Of a stretch of 64,000 nt of DNA, positions 51,700 through 64,000 are shown one piece after another. This stretch comes from Scyliorhinus canicula (lineage: Eukaryota): NCBI RefSeq assembly GCF_902713615.1, contig NC_052176.1:11422243-11486242 (forward strand), in the 5' to 3' direction. How positions within the stretch are numbered: position 1 is the stretch's first letter; each line of letters begins with the position of its first letter. Position numbers and translations under genes: made by a program. The notes under the pieces are model-generated. The model searched no databases. It saw only the letters and a program-made list of their open reading frames with translations, and was not told where the DNA came from.

Positions 51700-54601
51700 A
51701 ATGATAAGAAAGTTAGCATTAAGGTACTTTACCTGGATGCCCGTAGCATTTGTAACAAAGTAGACGAACTAATGGCACAGATCATCGTGAATGATTATGA
51801 TGTGGTAGGCATCACAGAGACATGGCTGCAGGGGGTTCAGGACTGGCAGTTAAACATCCAACGATATACAACCTATCGAAATGACAGGGAGGTGGGCCGA
51901 GGGGGTGGGGTTGCCTTGTTAGTTAAGAACAAAATTAAATCTGTGGCACTAAACGACATAGGGTCGGATGATGTGGAGTCTGTGTGGGTAGAATTGAGGA
52001 ACCACAAAGGCAAAAAAACCATAGTGGGAGTTATGTACAGACCTCCTAACAGTGGTCAGGACCGGGGCGCAACATGTACCGAGAAATAGAAAAGGCATGT
52101 CAGAAAGGCAAGGTCACAGTGATCATGGGGGACTTCAATATGCAGGTGGATTGGGTAAATAACGCAGCCAGTGGATCCAAAGAAAAGGAATTCATGGAAT
52201 GCTTACAAGATGGCTTTTTGGAACAGCTTGTCATGGAGCCCACAAGGGAGCAGGCTATTCTGGACCTAGTGCTATGTAATGAACCAGACTTTATAAAAGA
52301 TCTTAAAGTAAGGGAACACTTAGGAAGCAGCGATCATAATATGGTTGAGTTCAGTCTGCAGTTTGAAAGAGAGAAGGCAAAATCGGATGTAATGGTGTTA
52401 CAGTTAAATAAAGGTAATTACGCGGGCATGAGAGAGGAACTGGCGAAAATCGACTGGAAGCAGACCCTAGTGGGGAAGACAGTAGAGCAAAAATGGCAGG
52501 AGTTTGTATGCATAATTGAGGACACTGTACAGAGGTTCATCCCCAAGAAAAGAAAGATTATCCGGGGAGGGATTAGACAGCCATGGCTGACAAAGGAGGT
52601 CAGGAAATGTATCAAAGAAAAAGAGAGATCCTATAAAGTGGCCAAAAGCACTGGGAAATCAGAAGATTGGGAAGGCTACAAAAACAAACAGAGGTTAACA
52701 AAGAGACAAATAAGGAAAGATAGGATCAAATATGAAGGCAGGCTAGCCAGTAATATAAGAAATGATAGTAAAAGTTTCTTTCAATACATAAGAAACAAAC
52801 GACAGGCCAAAGTAGACATTGGGCCAATTCAAACTGATTCCGGAAGGCTAGTGATGGGAGACGAGGAAATGGCTGGAGAACTTAATAAGTACTTTGCGTC
52901 TGTCTTCACAGTGGAAGACATGAATAATATCCCAAAAATTAGAGAGGGTCAGGGGGCTGAGTTGAGTATGGTTGCCATTACAAAAGAGATGGTGCTAAAA
53001 AAGCTAAAAGGTCTTAAAATTGACAAATCTCCTGGCCCCGATCGGCTACACCCGAGAGTTCTGAGAGAGGTGGCTGAAGAAATAGCGGAAGCGTTGGTTG
53101 AGATCTTTCAAAAATCACTGGAGTCAGGGAAAGTCCCGGACGATTGGAAGATCGCTGTTGTAACCCCCTTGTTCAAGAAAGGATCAAGACAAAAGATGGA
53201 AAATTATAGGCCAATTAGCCTAACCTCGGTTGTTGGTAAAATTCTAGAATCAATCGTTAAGGATGAGATTTCTAAATTCTTGGAAGAGCAGGGTCGGATT
53301 AGAACAAGTCAACATGGATTTAGTAAGGGGAGGTCGTGCCTGACGAACCTGTTAGAATTCTTTGAGGAGGTGACAAGTAGGACCAGGGAAACCCAGTGGA
53401 TGTGGTCTATCTGGATTTCCAAAAGGCCTTTGATAAGGTGCCACACAGGAGGCTGCTGAGTAAGGTGAGGGCCCATGGTGTTCGAGGTGAGCTACTGGCA
53501 TGGGTTGAGGATTGGCTGTCTGACAGAAGGCAGAGAGTTGGGATAAAAGGTTCTTTTTCGGAATGGCAGCCGGTGACCAGCGGTGTCCCACAGGGTTCAG
53601 TGTTGGGGCCGCAGATGTTCACCATATATATTAATGATCTGGATGAAGGGACTGGGGGCATTCTAGCAAAGTTTGCCGATGATACGAAGTTAGGTGGTCA
53701 GGCAGGTAGTGCTGAGGAAGTGGGGAGGCTGCAGAAGGATCTAGACAGTTTGGGAGAGTGGTGCAGGAAATGGCTGATGCATTTCAACGTGAGAAAATGT
53801 GAGGTCTTGCACTTTGGAAAAATCCAAGCATAGACTACTTTCTAAACGGTGAGAAAATTCATAATGCCAAAGTACAAAGGGATCTGGGAGTGCTTGTCGA
53901 GGATTCCCTACAGGTAAACATGCAGGTTGAATCTGTGATTAAGAAAGCGAATGCAATGTTGTCATTTATCTCAAGAGGGTTGGAATATAAAAGCAGCGAT
54001 GTGCTACTGAGCCTTTATAAGGCTCTGGTTAGGCCCCATTTGGAGTACTGTGTCCAGTTTTGGGCCCCACATCTCAGGAAGGACATACTGGCACTGGAGC
54101 ATGTCCAGCGGAGATTCACACGGATGATCCCTGGAATGGCGGGTCTAACATATGATGAACGGCTGAGGATCCTGGGATTGTATTCATTGGAGTTTAGAAG
54201 GTTAAGGGGAGATCTAATAGAAACTTACAAGATAATACATGGCTTAGAAAGGGTGGACGCAAAGAAACTGTTTCCGTTAGGCGAGGAGACGAGGACCCGT
54301 GGGCACAGCCTTAGAATTAGAGGGGGTAAATTCAGAACAGAAATGCGGAGACATTTCTTCAGCCAGAGAGTGGTGGGCCTGTGGAATTCATTGCCGCGGA
54401 GTGCAGTGGAGGCCGGGACACTAAATGGCTTCAAGGCAGAGATAGATAAATTCTTGATGTCGCGAGGAATTAAGGGCTACGGGGAGAATGCTGGTAGGTG
54501 GAGTTGAAATGCCCATCAGCCATGATTGAATGGCGGAGTGGACTCGATGGGCCGAATGGCCTTAATTCCACTCCTATGTCTTATGGTCTTGTGGTCTTAT
54601 G
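51700..54601 (+). mobile_element. CR1 LINE, ORF2 nearly complete with a few frameshifts
   Basis: ORFs 51772-54507 contain VVGITETWL, MGDFN, SDH, YLDFQKAFDKVPH, QGSVLGP and FADD. Tail (TATGGTCT)n. Confidence 0.96.
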
Positions 54602-55009
54602 TGCAGGTTAGGTGGATAGGTCAGGATAAATTGTCCATCAAAAACAGTTCCAGTGAATGGCAGTAAAATAATTTAATTGTAATGTATGATAGACACAGAT
54701 TGAGTACCACACTCTCAAACTGCCAGGGATTGAAGATCACTGAATGTATCCCACAGTCACACACAATACCTCTGGCTGACAGAGAATAGAAACACTCTCA
54801 CAGAGCAGTGCAGAGACTGGGAGGTACAGATTGATAACAACACTCACACACACCAAACAGAGATTGACAAACCACAATTGATCTCTCACACATTCAGTTC
54901 AGAGACTGACTGATGCAGAGTGAATCCTAAACTCAGACATATCATCAGATTGTCAGATAGAGAATCAATTCCATAATCACAAAATATAAAAAATGATAGC
55001 GCCAGACAG

Positions 55010-57350
55010 ATACGTGAGAAATTTCACTCAAAACATCTGAAGGAACTAGAATTTGCAAAACGAATTCAATGGTTATCTTCCTATCAGACACAGTCTCATA
55101 AAGAATTATGTCCACTGCCATATTCCAGCAAATGGCAGATACAGACAGGTAATTAGTGGATGATGGACTAGTCCAAACGGGGATAGGGTGGAAGTGAAGG
55201 CTTAAAGTGTGTCGGTGCTGACTTGATGGGCCGAAGGGCCTCCTTCTGCACTGTATGTTCTATGTTCTAAAAGTCACACACTGAAGCAGAGAATGATGAA
55301 TACTGAACAAATCCCTGAACTTGCAGAGATGGACAGTTACAGGTTTACATACAGACTCACATACTGACCCAGTGGTGACAAATACCAAGTAAACACATTT
55401 CACATACAGACCAGTTACCACTTGGTATATTTGTTGTTTAAACGTGAGCATTATCAAAAACACCAGCAATTTTCTCCCTTCCTAATTGCTGTGTTTAAGG
55501 TGGCTGTGGATTGCGTTCTTTCAGCTTATTGCCTGTCTGCCAAAGCTACACCCAGAGTGCAAGGGACCAAGAACACGCCAACCTATAATACATATGCACA
55601 CAAACTTCAAACCCACAGCTTCTTCCCAATATCAGTTTGCTTCATTGTAAAAGTGAATTTCACAGGTCAGGCACAGACAGGGTAAAAAAAAAACAATCAC
55701 AAATCATATGTAGATACTGAGCGATCACAACATCCACATTCCATGCCTGGAAGATTCAGAGTAAAATCCACATCTAATTAGCAGAATAAAGAACAGGTAT
55801 GAATTAAGTCTCCATTGTGTCGCAGTAACTGATACATACAGCATAGGACCAATGTTCTCACACTGGGAACAGAGAAGTGGAGAGTAAATCACACTGTTGC
55901 ATAAAGGAAAATGACAGATACAGACTGAACCCACATTCACTTCCCGAATTTAAAAGGTACAGGAGAAAAACAACATTTCATCCATAGCAGAACTAACTTG
56001 TAGAGAGAAAAAAAGCCAATTCCACAGCTATAACTGAAAGATCCAGAAGAAAATGAAAAGATGCCTTTTCATCCATGGCAGAACTAACTTGTAGAGAGAA
56101 AATAGACAATGAGACAGCTGTAACTGAAAGGTACAGAAGAAAATACTGATTCAGAACCTGGAAACTGTCAGCTGAATACTAAATAAGCAAAACAAACTCA
56201 TATGAGACTGTAATGGGTTTGCAGTGATCCCATTCACTGTCGGAAAATTACAAAGTGTCAGGTGTTTCCATCCACATTGGAAATTACAGGGAAAGCCAAA
56301 TTCACACACATTGACAAATTCAAAGTGAAGCCAACATTTATTGCAGTCACAATATGACAGAAATAGAATAAGATACGGTCACCAAAAAGAAGGAACACAA
56401 AATAAAATTCACAGGAGGCTGATAGAAATTAAATGCTATCTTATAATGCTAGTTTAATATCTCCAATCACATATTAGGAAGTGAATTGCACAATAAAGTG
56501 CAGATTCTCCTAACGGAGGTCAACATGTACAGAGTAGGCCCTGAGATGACATAACATGTTGAGAAAGAGAGGTGTGGATCACAGCCACAGTCGCTTATCA
56601 GAACTTGCTTTAACAATAAAAATATGACAATTGGATTTGAGAAACTGACAGGTGTAAAGCAGTTTCATATTCCCGTGACAATAGCATATACAATCACTCA
56701 ATTACCTCAAATCAGAAATGGAAACTAGCTCTGAATGAACCAGAACCTTACACAGATGGAATAGTTTACACTTATTTATCAGAAACTGAAATGTGCAGAT
56801 AAAACAATATCAGAAACTTTGATACAAGAGATTGAGGTGAATGTATGAAAGCAGACAGCCTCACTGGAATATGTTGACAGATGCACAGTACAATCCAATG
56901 TTCCAAATCACTGAAATGCACAGAGTGAAAACAACTCTCACATGGCAGCAATGTACATATTCTGTTCATAGCTACTGAGAGGAACCAGTTATTGACAACT
57001 AAATGAGTATACGTTTGATCATATTCAATGCATCAGGAAATGACAGATGGAGAGAAATGTGCATGAACCCAAATCAGAGTCTTAAATGCATGCACTTGTA
57101 CATTGCAATGTCATTCATATATATCGTTACTGACAGCTAGAGTGTAATATAGATAATATACAATAAAATTCAGATACAGTACACCAGGAAACGGCCGATG
57201 AACAGAACGATACGAATATCAATTCCAGGGGTAAACAGATAGAGATTAAAATCTACACTTTGGAGAAACAGTAGGTATCAGGACAAACACACAATCCATG
57301 TTTCAGACACTCAAGGAAACAGAATACAACAGACATTGTCATACAAAAGA
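55010..57350 (+). repeat. diverged direct duplication of 30480-32040 and 28980-29780
   Basis: Shared anchors such as GTAATGGGTTTGCAGTGATCCCATTCACTGT, CACAACATCCACATTCC, AGATGGAATAGTTTAC and GAGTGAAAACAAC. Confidence 0.85.
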
Positions 57351-57539
57351 CTGGTCGGGATAATGAAAAGGTTCGGCCTATTCTCTTTGGAGTTCGAAAA
57401 ATGAAAATCAACTTAGAGTGGACATTACCGAGTGGATCCAGGGAAGAAATTTCCTCTCCTTGGAAGCTTAGAACTTGGGGGACACAGGATAAAAACAAAG
57501 TGGAGGCCAGGCAGAGTGGATATGGAGAAAATGCACCAG

Positions 57540-58317
57540 GCGTGACATAATTAAGAAGGCATCGGGAATATTTGTATTCATGAGCGAGGTATAGAATTTA
57601 AAAGCAATGAGTTTATGATGATGCTGCAGGAAAAGTTAGACCACAGCTAGACCACAATCTAAAGATTTTAAATGTCTATCCAATCTCCTTTGAGCCAGGT
57701 CTTCTCTAAGGAAAGAAGTCTGGACTTCTCTAATCCACCTTCATTACTGATCTTCACAGAATCGCAGAATTGTTATGTGGCAAAATGAGGCCATTTGGCC
57801 CATTGTGTCTGCACTGGCTCTCTGAATGAGCAACTTACCTGGTGCCCCCTCCACCACCATAACCCTGCACATTCTTCCTTTTCGGATAAGTCTGTTTTCC
57901 TTTTGACTGCTTCAATGTAACCTGCTCCAAGGCACTCAGACAGTGCACTGTACACGCGAACCACTCACTGAAATGTTCTCCTCAACTCACTTGTGCTTCT
58001 TTTACCAATTACTTTGATCTTTCCACAGCTGGAATACTGTGTGCCATGCTATAGCAAGGAAGTGTTTGTGTGAGAGAGGGTACAGTGGAGATTCACCAGG
58101 ACATTGCCTGGACTAGAGTATCTCTGCTATCCAGACAGTCTGGATAGGCTGTTTTCTGTGAAGCAGCGAATGTTGAGGGGGGAGCTGATTGAGATGTAAA
58201 AAATGAGGGGCAGAGATAGGTTGGATAGGAAGGAATGTTTTCCTTAGCGAAAGGATCGAATACAGGGGGAATTGATTTAAGACTTAAGGTAAGGGACAGG
58301 GGTTTTAGAGGGGATGT
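57540..58317 (+). mobile_element. old CR1 3' fragment with an inverted LINE tail nested at about 57750-58015
   Basis: CR1 C-terminal-like DNA (CTGGAATACTGTGTG, GGAGATTCACCAGG, AGAGGGGATGT). Confidence 0.6.
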
Positions 58318-58817
58318 NNNNNNNNNNNNNNNNNNNNNNNNNNNNNNNNNNNNNNNNNNNNNNNNNNNNNNNNNNNNNNNNNNNNNNNNNNNNNNNNNNN
58401 NNNNNNNNNNNNNNNNNNNNNNNNNNNNNNNNNNNNNNNNNNNNNNNNNNNNNNNNNNNNNNNNNNNNNNNNNNNNNNNNNNNNNNNNNNNNNNNNNNNN
58501 NNNNNNNNNNNNNNNNNNNNNNNNNNNNNNNNNNNNNNNNNNNNNNNNNNNNNNNNNNNNNNNNNNNNNNNNNNNNNNNNNNNNNNNNNNNNNNNNNNNN
58601 NNNNNNNNNNNNNNNNNNNNNNNNNNNNNNNNNNNNNNNNNNNNNNNNNNNNNNNNNNNNNNNNNNNNNNNNNNNNNNNNNNNNNNNNNNNNNNNNNNNN
58701 NNNNNNNNNNNNNNNNNNNNNNNNNNNNNNNNNNNNNNNNNNNNNNNNNNNNNNNNNNNNNNNNNNNNNNNNNNNNNNNNNNNNNNNNNNNNNNNNNNNN
58801 NNNNNNNNNNNNNNNNN
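58318..58817. other. assembly gap (500 N)
   Basis: Run of N. Confidence 1.
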
Positions 58818-60232
58818 GAAAGGATGGCCTTACAATCTGGTAATTTTTCCTTTTGGAGAACTATTTAAATGTAAAATTTTTCTGTTAATGCCTCATTCAA
58901 GAGCTTTGCTTCTGATATATATTAAACTAAGAAAGTTACAAAAAGTGCAAATGGATACTTGCACATTGATTGCTGAATCTATAGCCTAATTAATACTGTA
59001 CTGATTACTTTACAGATGAAACGCAGTTATCAAAAGTTGATCCAACATTCCATGAGAGATTAGTGGTGAATTGTGGAAAATTATCCCACCTGTCCTTTCG
59101 TGTATCTGTAAATACTATTTACATTTTCTCCAGAGGTCCAGATTTACTTGAATTTCTTCAATTGGATAATGAGGACTGTTGGATTGGACATGTTTATCTG
59201 GGACTTGAGGGACAGGGTCTGGTTTAGCTCACTCGTCTAAATTGCTGGCTTTTAAAGCAGACCAAGCAGGCCTGCAGCACGGTTTGATTCCCGTACCAGC
59301 CTCCCCGGACAGGCGCCAGAATGTGGTGACTAGGGGCTTTTCACAGTAACTTCATTGAAGCCTACTCGTGACAATAAGCAATTTTCATTTTCATTTCATT
59401 TCAATGTAAGTGTGGCTGCTTCTGTTCCCTGTGACGGTGGAGCTGATGTTGTGTCTGTGTCTCTGCAATGTTGGATTAATATTGTACTTACTGTCAGTTA
59501 GAAGGAGACGGCTCCACATTCATGTTGCTGAGAAATCATCATCTTGGAACTCATCTCTTCATCTGTTGAACTAGGGGGAAGAAAACAAATCTCTTGTAAA
59601 TCAGGGTCAGATGAGGCCAATGATAGATCAATCAATTCTTTCAACTGATAATCAGTAAAATAAAGAAAATACTGTGCAAATCCTGCCCCAGAATCAGACA
59701 ATAAGCCAGGCCCAGAAAGAGCTCTCCCTTCCCCCCGCTCACTCCAAGTCCCGGAACAAGATGGGGCTCCCGCTGCGCCTCTTGCAAACAGCCCCCGATT
59801 CTCCCTGAACTCCCCCCAAGTCAGTAATGATCTCTGAGCCTCTTTGCTCACACTCCCAAATGGATGGGCTGCTACAATGAGAACGCTGTTTCCTGCGCAG
59901 AAGGGACTGCGCATGCGCTCTCACCTTCAGAGTGACGACTAGCAGGGGGCGGGGCTACCCCGGGCATGCGCAGATCCCCGCAGCAATCCAACATTGAGAA
60001 TCAATGGGAATATTCCCCATTTCACTGTTATCACATTTGGAGCAAAACCTCCGACAGAGCCCATGTTGGGGGGACTGTGTGTGTGTGTGTGCAAGTGGCC
60101 CAGGGCTCAACCAATCACCTTTGTAGCTGTGTGTTTGTCCCAATGAGATATTCAATTTGCAGCCATTGCCTGCAGCTTGTTTGTTATTACACTGCCATTC
60201 AGCCCCTCAAACTCACACTTTCTGCAAACCAC
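58818..60232 (-). promoter_or_regulatory. repeated promoter/non-coding-exon module, copy E
   Basis: TGCGCATGCGC at 59908-59918 and the same exon-like segments. A SINE is inserted at 59215-59403. Confidence 0.6.
59215..59403 (+). mobile_element. (TTTCA)n-tailed tRNA SINE
   Basis: A and B boxes plus TTTTCATTTTCATTTCA tail. Absent at the matching site of module B (about 17812). Confidence 0.87.
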
Positions 60233-60244
60233 CATTCCACTGAA

Positions 60245-60575
60245 CCATAGAATTACTACAGTGAGAAGGAGGCAAATCGGCCCATCGAGTCTGCACCGAC
60301 CCTCTGAAAGACCACCCAGGTCCACTCTCCGCCTTATCCCCATAAACCCGTGACCCCACTGAACCAACACATCCTTGGATACGAAGCCATAATTCAGCAT
60401 TGCCAACCCACCTAACCTGCAGATCTTTGGCCTGTGGGAGGAAATTGGAGCACCCGGAGGAAACCCACCCACACACACGGGGAGAAGGTCCAAACGCCAA
60501 ACAAGCAGTCACCCAACCCTGGAATTGAATCCGGGTCTCTGGCACAGTGAGGCCGCAGTGCTAACCACTGTTCCA
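60245..60575 (-). mobile_element. V-SINE
   Basis: Reverse complement head, core and tail. Confidence 0.82.
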
Positions 60576-60577
60576 CC

Positions 60578-61385
60578 TCCTGGGTTCACTCGCTGTCCCG
60601 GGTTCACTCGCTGTCCTGGGTTCACTCGCTGTCCCGGGTTCACTCGCTGTCCCGGGTTCACTCAATCTCCCGGTTTTCTCACTTTCCAGTGTTTGAGGCT
60701 CCTTTGGTTTAATACAATCCCAGGTTTAATACATTCCGCTCATTTTACACAATCTCCGATTTCACACATTTCTCTGGTTGACACACTCCCCTCATTTAGT
60801 ATAGTCCCTGGTTTGCACTCCCCCCCTACTTTACACACTCTCTTTGTTTATAAGCTCCTGTGGATATATATAATTCCCAATATTTTACACAATCACCAGC
60901 TTTTACACAGGACCCTGATTTACAGGCTAGCCTGAAGGACACACAATTTAGTAATGCACATTCCTCTGGTTTACACATTCCCTTGGTTTATGCACTGCCT
61001 GGATGATACACTCCCCCGTTTTTTACTGTCCGAGTTGACTCGCTCTCCTCATTTGCCCACTCCCCTAATTTCAAACACTCCCCTGCTTGATATACTTCCC
61101 TGCTTCATGCACTCCGCTGGGTTCTGCACCCCCCCCCCCCCCTTCATGCACTCACGCCCCCCCCCTTCATGCACTCCCCCCTTCATGCACACCCCCTTCA
61201 TGCACTCCCCCCCCCTTCATGCACTCCCCCCCCCTTCATGCACTCCCCCCCCTTCATGCACTCCCCCCCCTTCATGCGCTCCCCCCCCCTTCATGCACTC
61301 CCCCCCCTTCATGCACTCCCCCCCCTTCATGCACTCCCCCCCCCTTCATGCACTCCCCCCCCCTTCATGCACTCCCCCCCTTCAT
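60578..61385. repeat. minisatellite zone: 18-bp GGGTTCACTCGCTGTCCC units, degenerate ACACTCCCCTG units and C-rich (C7-9)TTCATGCACT units
   Basis: Direct reading: 60578-60670 and 61130-61385 are homogeneous. Confidence 0.9.
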
Positions 61386-64000
61386 ACTAATTCAGCAGGG
61401 GCATGGGAACCTGGATTGTAGTTTTAGGGTACGGGAGATTGAGAGTATAGAGGTCAGGAGCACAGATTTGACTTCGCAGGAGGGTGCCAGTGTTCAGGTA
61501 GGTGGTTTGAAGTGTGTCGACTTCAATGCCAGGAGTATACGAAATAAGGTAGGGGAACTGGCAGCATGGGTTGGTACCTGGGACTTCGATGTTGTGGCCA
61601 TTTCAGAGACATGGATAGAGCAGGGACAGGAATGGTTGTTGCAGGTTCCGGGGTTTAGGTGTTTTAGTAAGTTCAGAGAAGGGGGCAAAAGAGGGAAGGT
61701 GTGGCGCTGCTAGTCAAGGACAGTATTACGGTGGCGGAAAGGATGCTAGATGGGGACTCTTCTTCTGAGGTAGTATGGGCTGAGGTTAGAAACAGGAAAG
61801 GAGAGGTCACCCTGTTGGAGTTTTCTATAGGCCACCTAATAGTTCTAGGGATGTAGAGGAAAGGATGGCGAAGATGATTCTGGAAAAGAGCGAAAGTAAC
61901 AGGGTAGTTGTTATGGGAGACTTTAACTTTCCAAATATTGACTGGAAAAGATATAGTTCGAGTACATTAGATGGGTCATTCTTTGTACAATGTGTGCAGG
62001 AGGGTTTCCTGACACAATATGTTGACAGGCCAACAAGAGGCGAGGCCACATTGGATTTGGTTTTGGGTAATGAACCAGGCCAGGTGTTAGATCTGGAGGT
62101 AGGTGAGCACTTTGGAAACAGTGACCACAATTCGGTGACCTTTACGTTCGTGATGGAAAGGGATAAGTATACCCCGCAGGGCAAGAGTTATAGCTGGGGG
62201 AAGGGCAATTATGATGCCATTAGACATGACTTAGGATGTGTTGGTTGGAGAAGTAGGCTGCAAGGGTTGGGCACACTGGATATGTGGAGCTTGTTCAAGG
62301 AACAGCTATTGCATGTTCTTGATAAGTACGTACCAGTCAGGCAGGGAGGAAGGTGGTCGAGCGAGGGAACCGTGGTTTACCAAAGAAGTGGAATCTCTTG
62401 TTAAGAGGAAGAAGGAAGCCTATGTGAAGATGAGGCGTGAAGTTTCAGTTGGGGCGCTTGATATTTACAAGGAAGCGAGGAAGGATCTAAAGAGAGAGCT
62501 GAGACGAGCAAGGAGGGGACATGAGAAGTCTTTGGCAGGTAGGATCAAGGAAAACCCAAAAGCTTTCTATAGGTATGTCAGGAATAAAAGGATGACTAGG
62601 GTAAGAGTAGGGCCAGTCAAGGACAGTGGTGGGAAGTTGTGTGTGGAGGCTGAGGAGATAAGCGAGATACTAAATGAATACTTTTCGTCAGTATTCACTC
62701 AAGAAAAAGATAATATTGTGGAGGAGAATGCTGAGACCCAGGCTATTAGAATAGATGGCACTGAGGTGCGTAGGGAAGAAGTGTTGGCAATTCTGGACAA
62801 GGTGAAAATAGATAAGTCCCCGGGGCCGGATGGGATTTATCCTAGGATTCTCTGGGAAGCCAGGGAAGAGATTGCTGAGCCTTTGGCTTTGATTTTTAGG
62901 TCATCATTGGCTACAGGAATAGTGCCAGAGGACTGGAGGATAGCAAATGTGGTCCCTTTGTTCAAGAAGGGGAGTAGAGATAACCCCGGTAACTATAGGC
63001 CGGTGAGCCTAACGTCTGTGGTGGGTAAAGTCTTGGAGAGGATTATAAAAGATACGATTTATAATCATCTAGATAGGAATAATATGATTAGGGACAGTCA
63101 GCATGGTTTTATGAAGGGTAGGTCATGCCTCACAAACCTTATCGAGTTCTTTGAGAAGGTGACTGAACAGGTAGATGAGGGTAGAGCAGTTGATGTGGTG
63201 TATATGGATTTCAGTAAACGTTTGATAAGGTTCCCCACGGTCGTCTATTGCAGAAAATACGGAGGCTGGGGATTGAGGGTGATTTAGAGATGTGGATCAG
63301 AAATTGGCTAGTTGAAAGAAGACAGAGAGTGGTAGTTGATGGGAAATGTTCAGAATGGAGTTCAGTTACGAGTGGCGTACCACAAGGATCTGTTCTGGGG
63401 CCGTTGCTGTTTGTCATTTTTATAAATGACCTAGAGGAGGGCGCAGAAGGATGGGTGAGTAAATTTGCAGACGACACTAAAGTCGGTGGAGTTGTAGACA
63501 GTGCGGAAGGATGTTGCAGGTTACAGAGGGACATAGATAAGCTGCAGAGCTGGGCTGAGAGGTGGCAAATGGAGTTTAATGTGGAGAAGTGTGAGGTGAT
63601 TCACTTTGGAAAGAATAACAGAAATGCGGAATATTTGGCTAATGGTAAAATTCTTGGTAGTGTGGATGAGCAGAGGGATCTCGGTGTCCATATACATAGA
63701 TGCCTGAAAGTTGCCACCCAGGTTGATAGGGTTGTGAAGAAGGCCTATGGTGTGTTGGCCTTTATTGGTAGAGGGATTGAGTTCCGGAGCCATGAGGTCA
63801 TGTTGCAGTTGTACAAAACTCTAGTACGGCCGCATTTGGAGTATTGCATACAGTTCTGGTCGCCTCATTATAGGAAGGACGTGGAAGCTTTGGAACGGGT
63901 GCAGAGGAGATTTACCAGGATGTTGCCTGGTATGGAGGGAAAATCTTATGAGGAAAGGCTGATGGACTTGAGGTTGTTTTCGTTAGAGAGAAGAAGGTTA
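61386..64000 (+). mobile_element. CR1 LINE ORF2 (APE + RT), 5'-truncated, runs off the window end
   Basis: [43 protein letters not shown] and FADD, with a few frameshifts. Confidence 0.96.

Noticed and set aside
58235-58868. ORFs spanning the N run
   Set aside because: Artefacts of the assembly gap.
61087-61713. Proline-rich ORF fused to a CR1 endonuclease start
   Set aside because: A C-rich minisatellite abutting a truncated LINE. There is no promoter evidence and the frame shifts soon after.

Overview
Eukaryotic, vertebrate DNA. The SINE/LINE families resemble those of cartilaginous fishes, so a shark is likely (inference). The window is part of a replication-dependent histone gene cluster. 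It holds 8 intact intronless genes with 3' stem-loops (3x H4, 1x H3.2-type, 2x H2A, 2x H2B), an H3 gene cut at D106 and fused in frame to a CR1 LINE 3' end, and an H1 remnant made of only the tail and stem-loop. The genes sit in a patchwork of inverted and direct segmental duplications packed with CR1, L1 and Tx1 LINEs, Penelope-like elements (several carrying minimal hammerhead-ribozyme motifs), two tRNA-derived SINE families and many mini- and macrosatellites. A promoter-like module of about 1-1.5 kb (NRF1, GC-box and CCAAT motifs plus two apparent non-coding exons) recurs five times between the histone genes and is the main unexplained structure. There is a 500-N assembly gap at 58318-58817. 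Boundaries of repeats and mobile elements were read by eye and are approximate.
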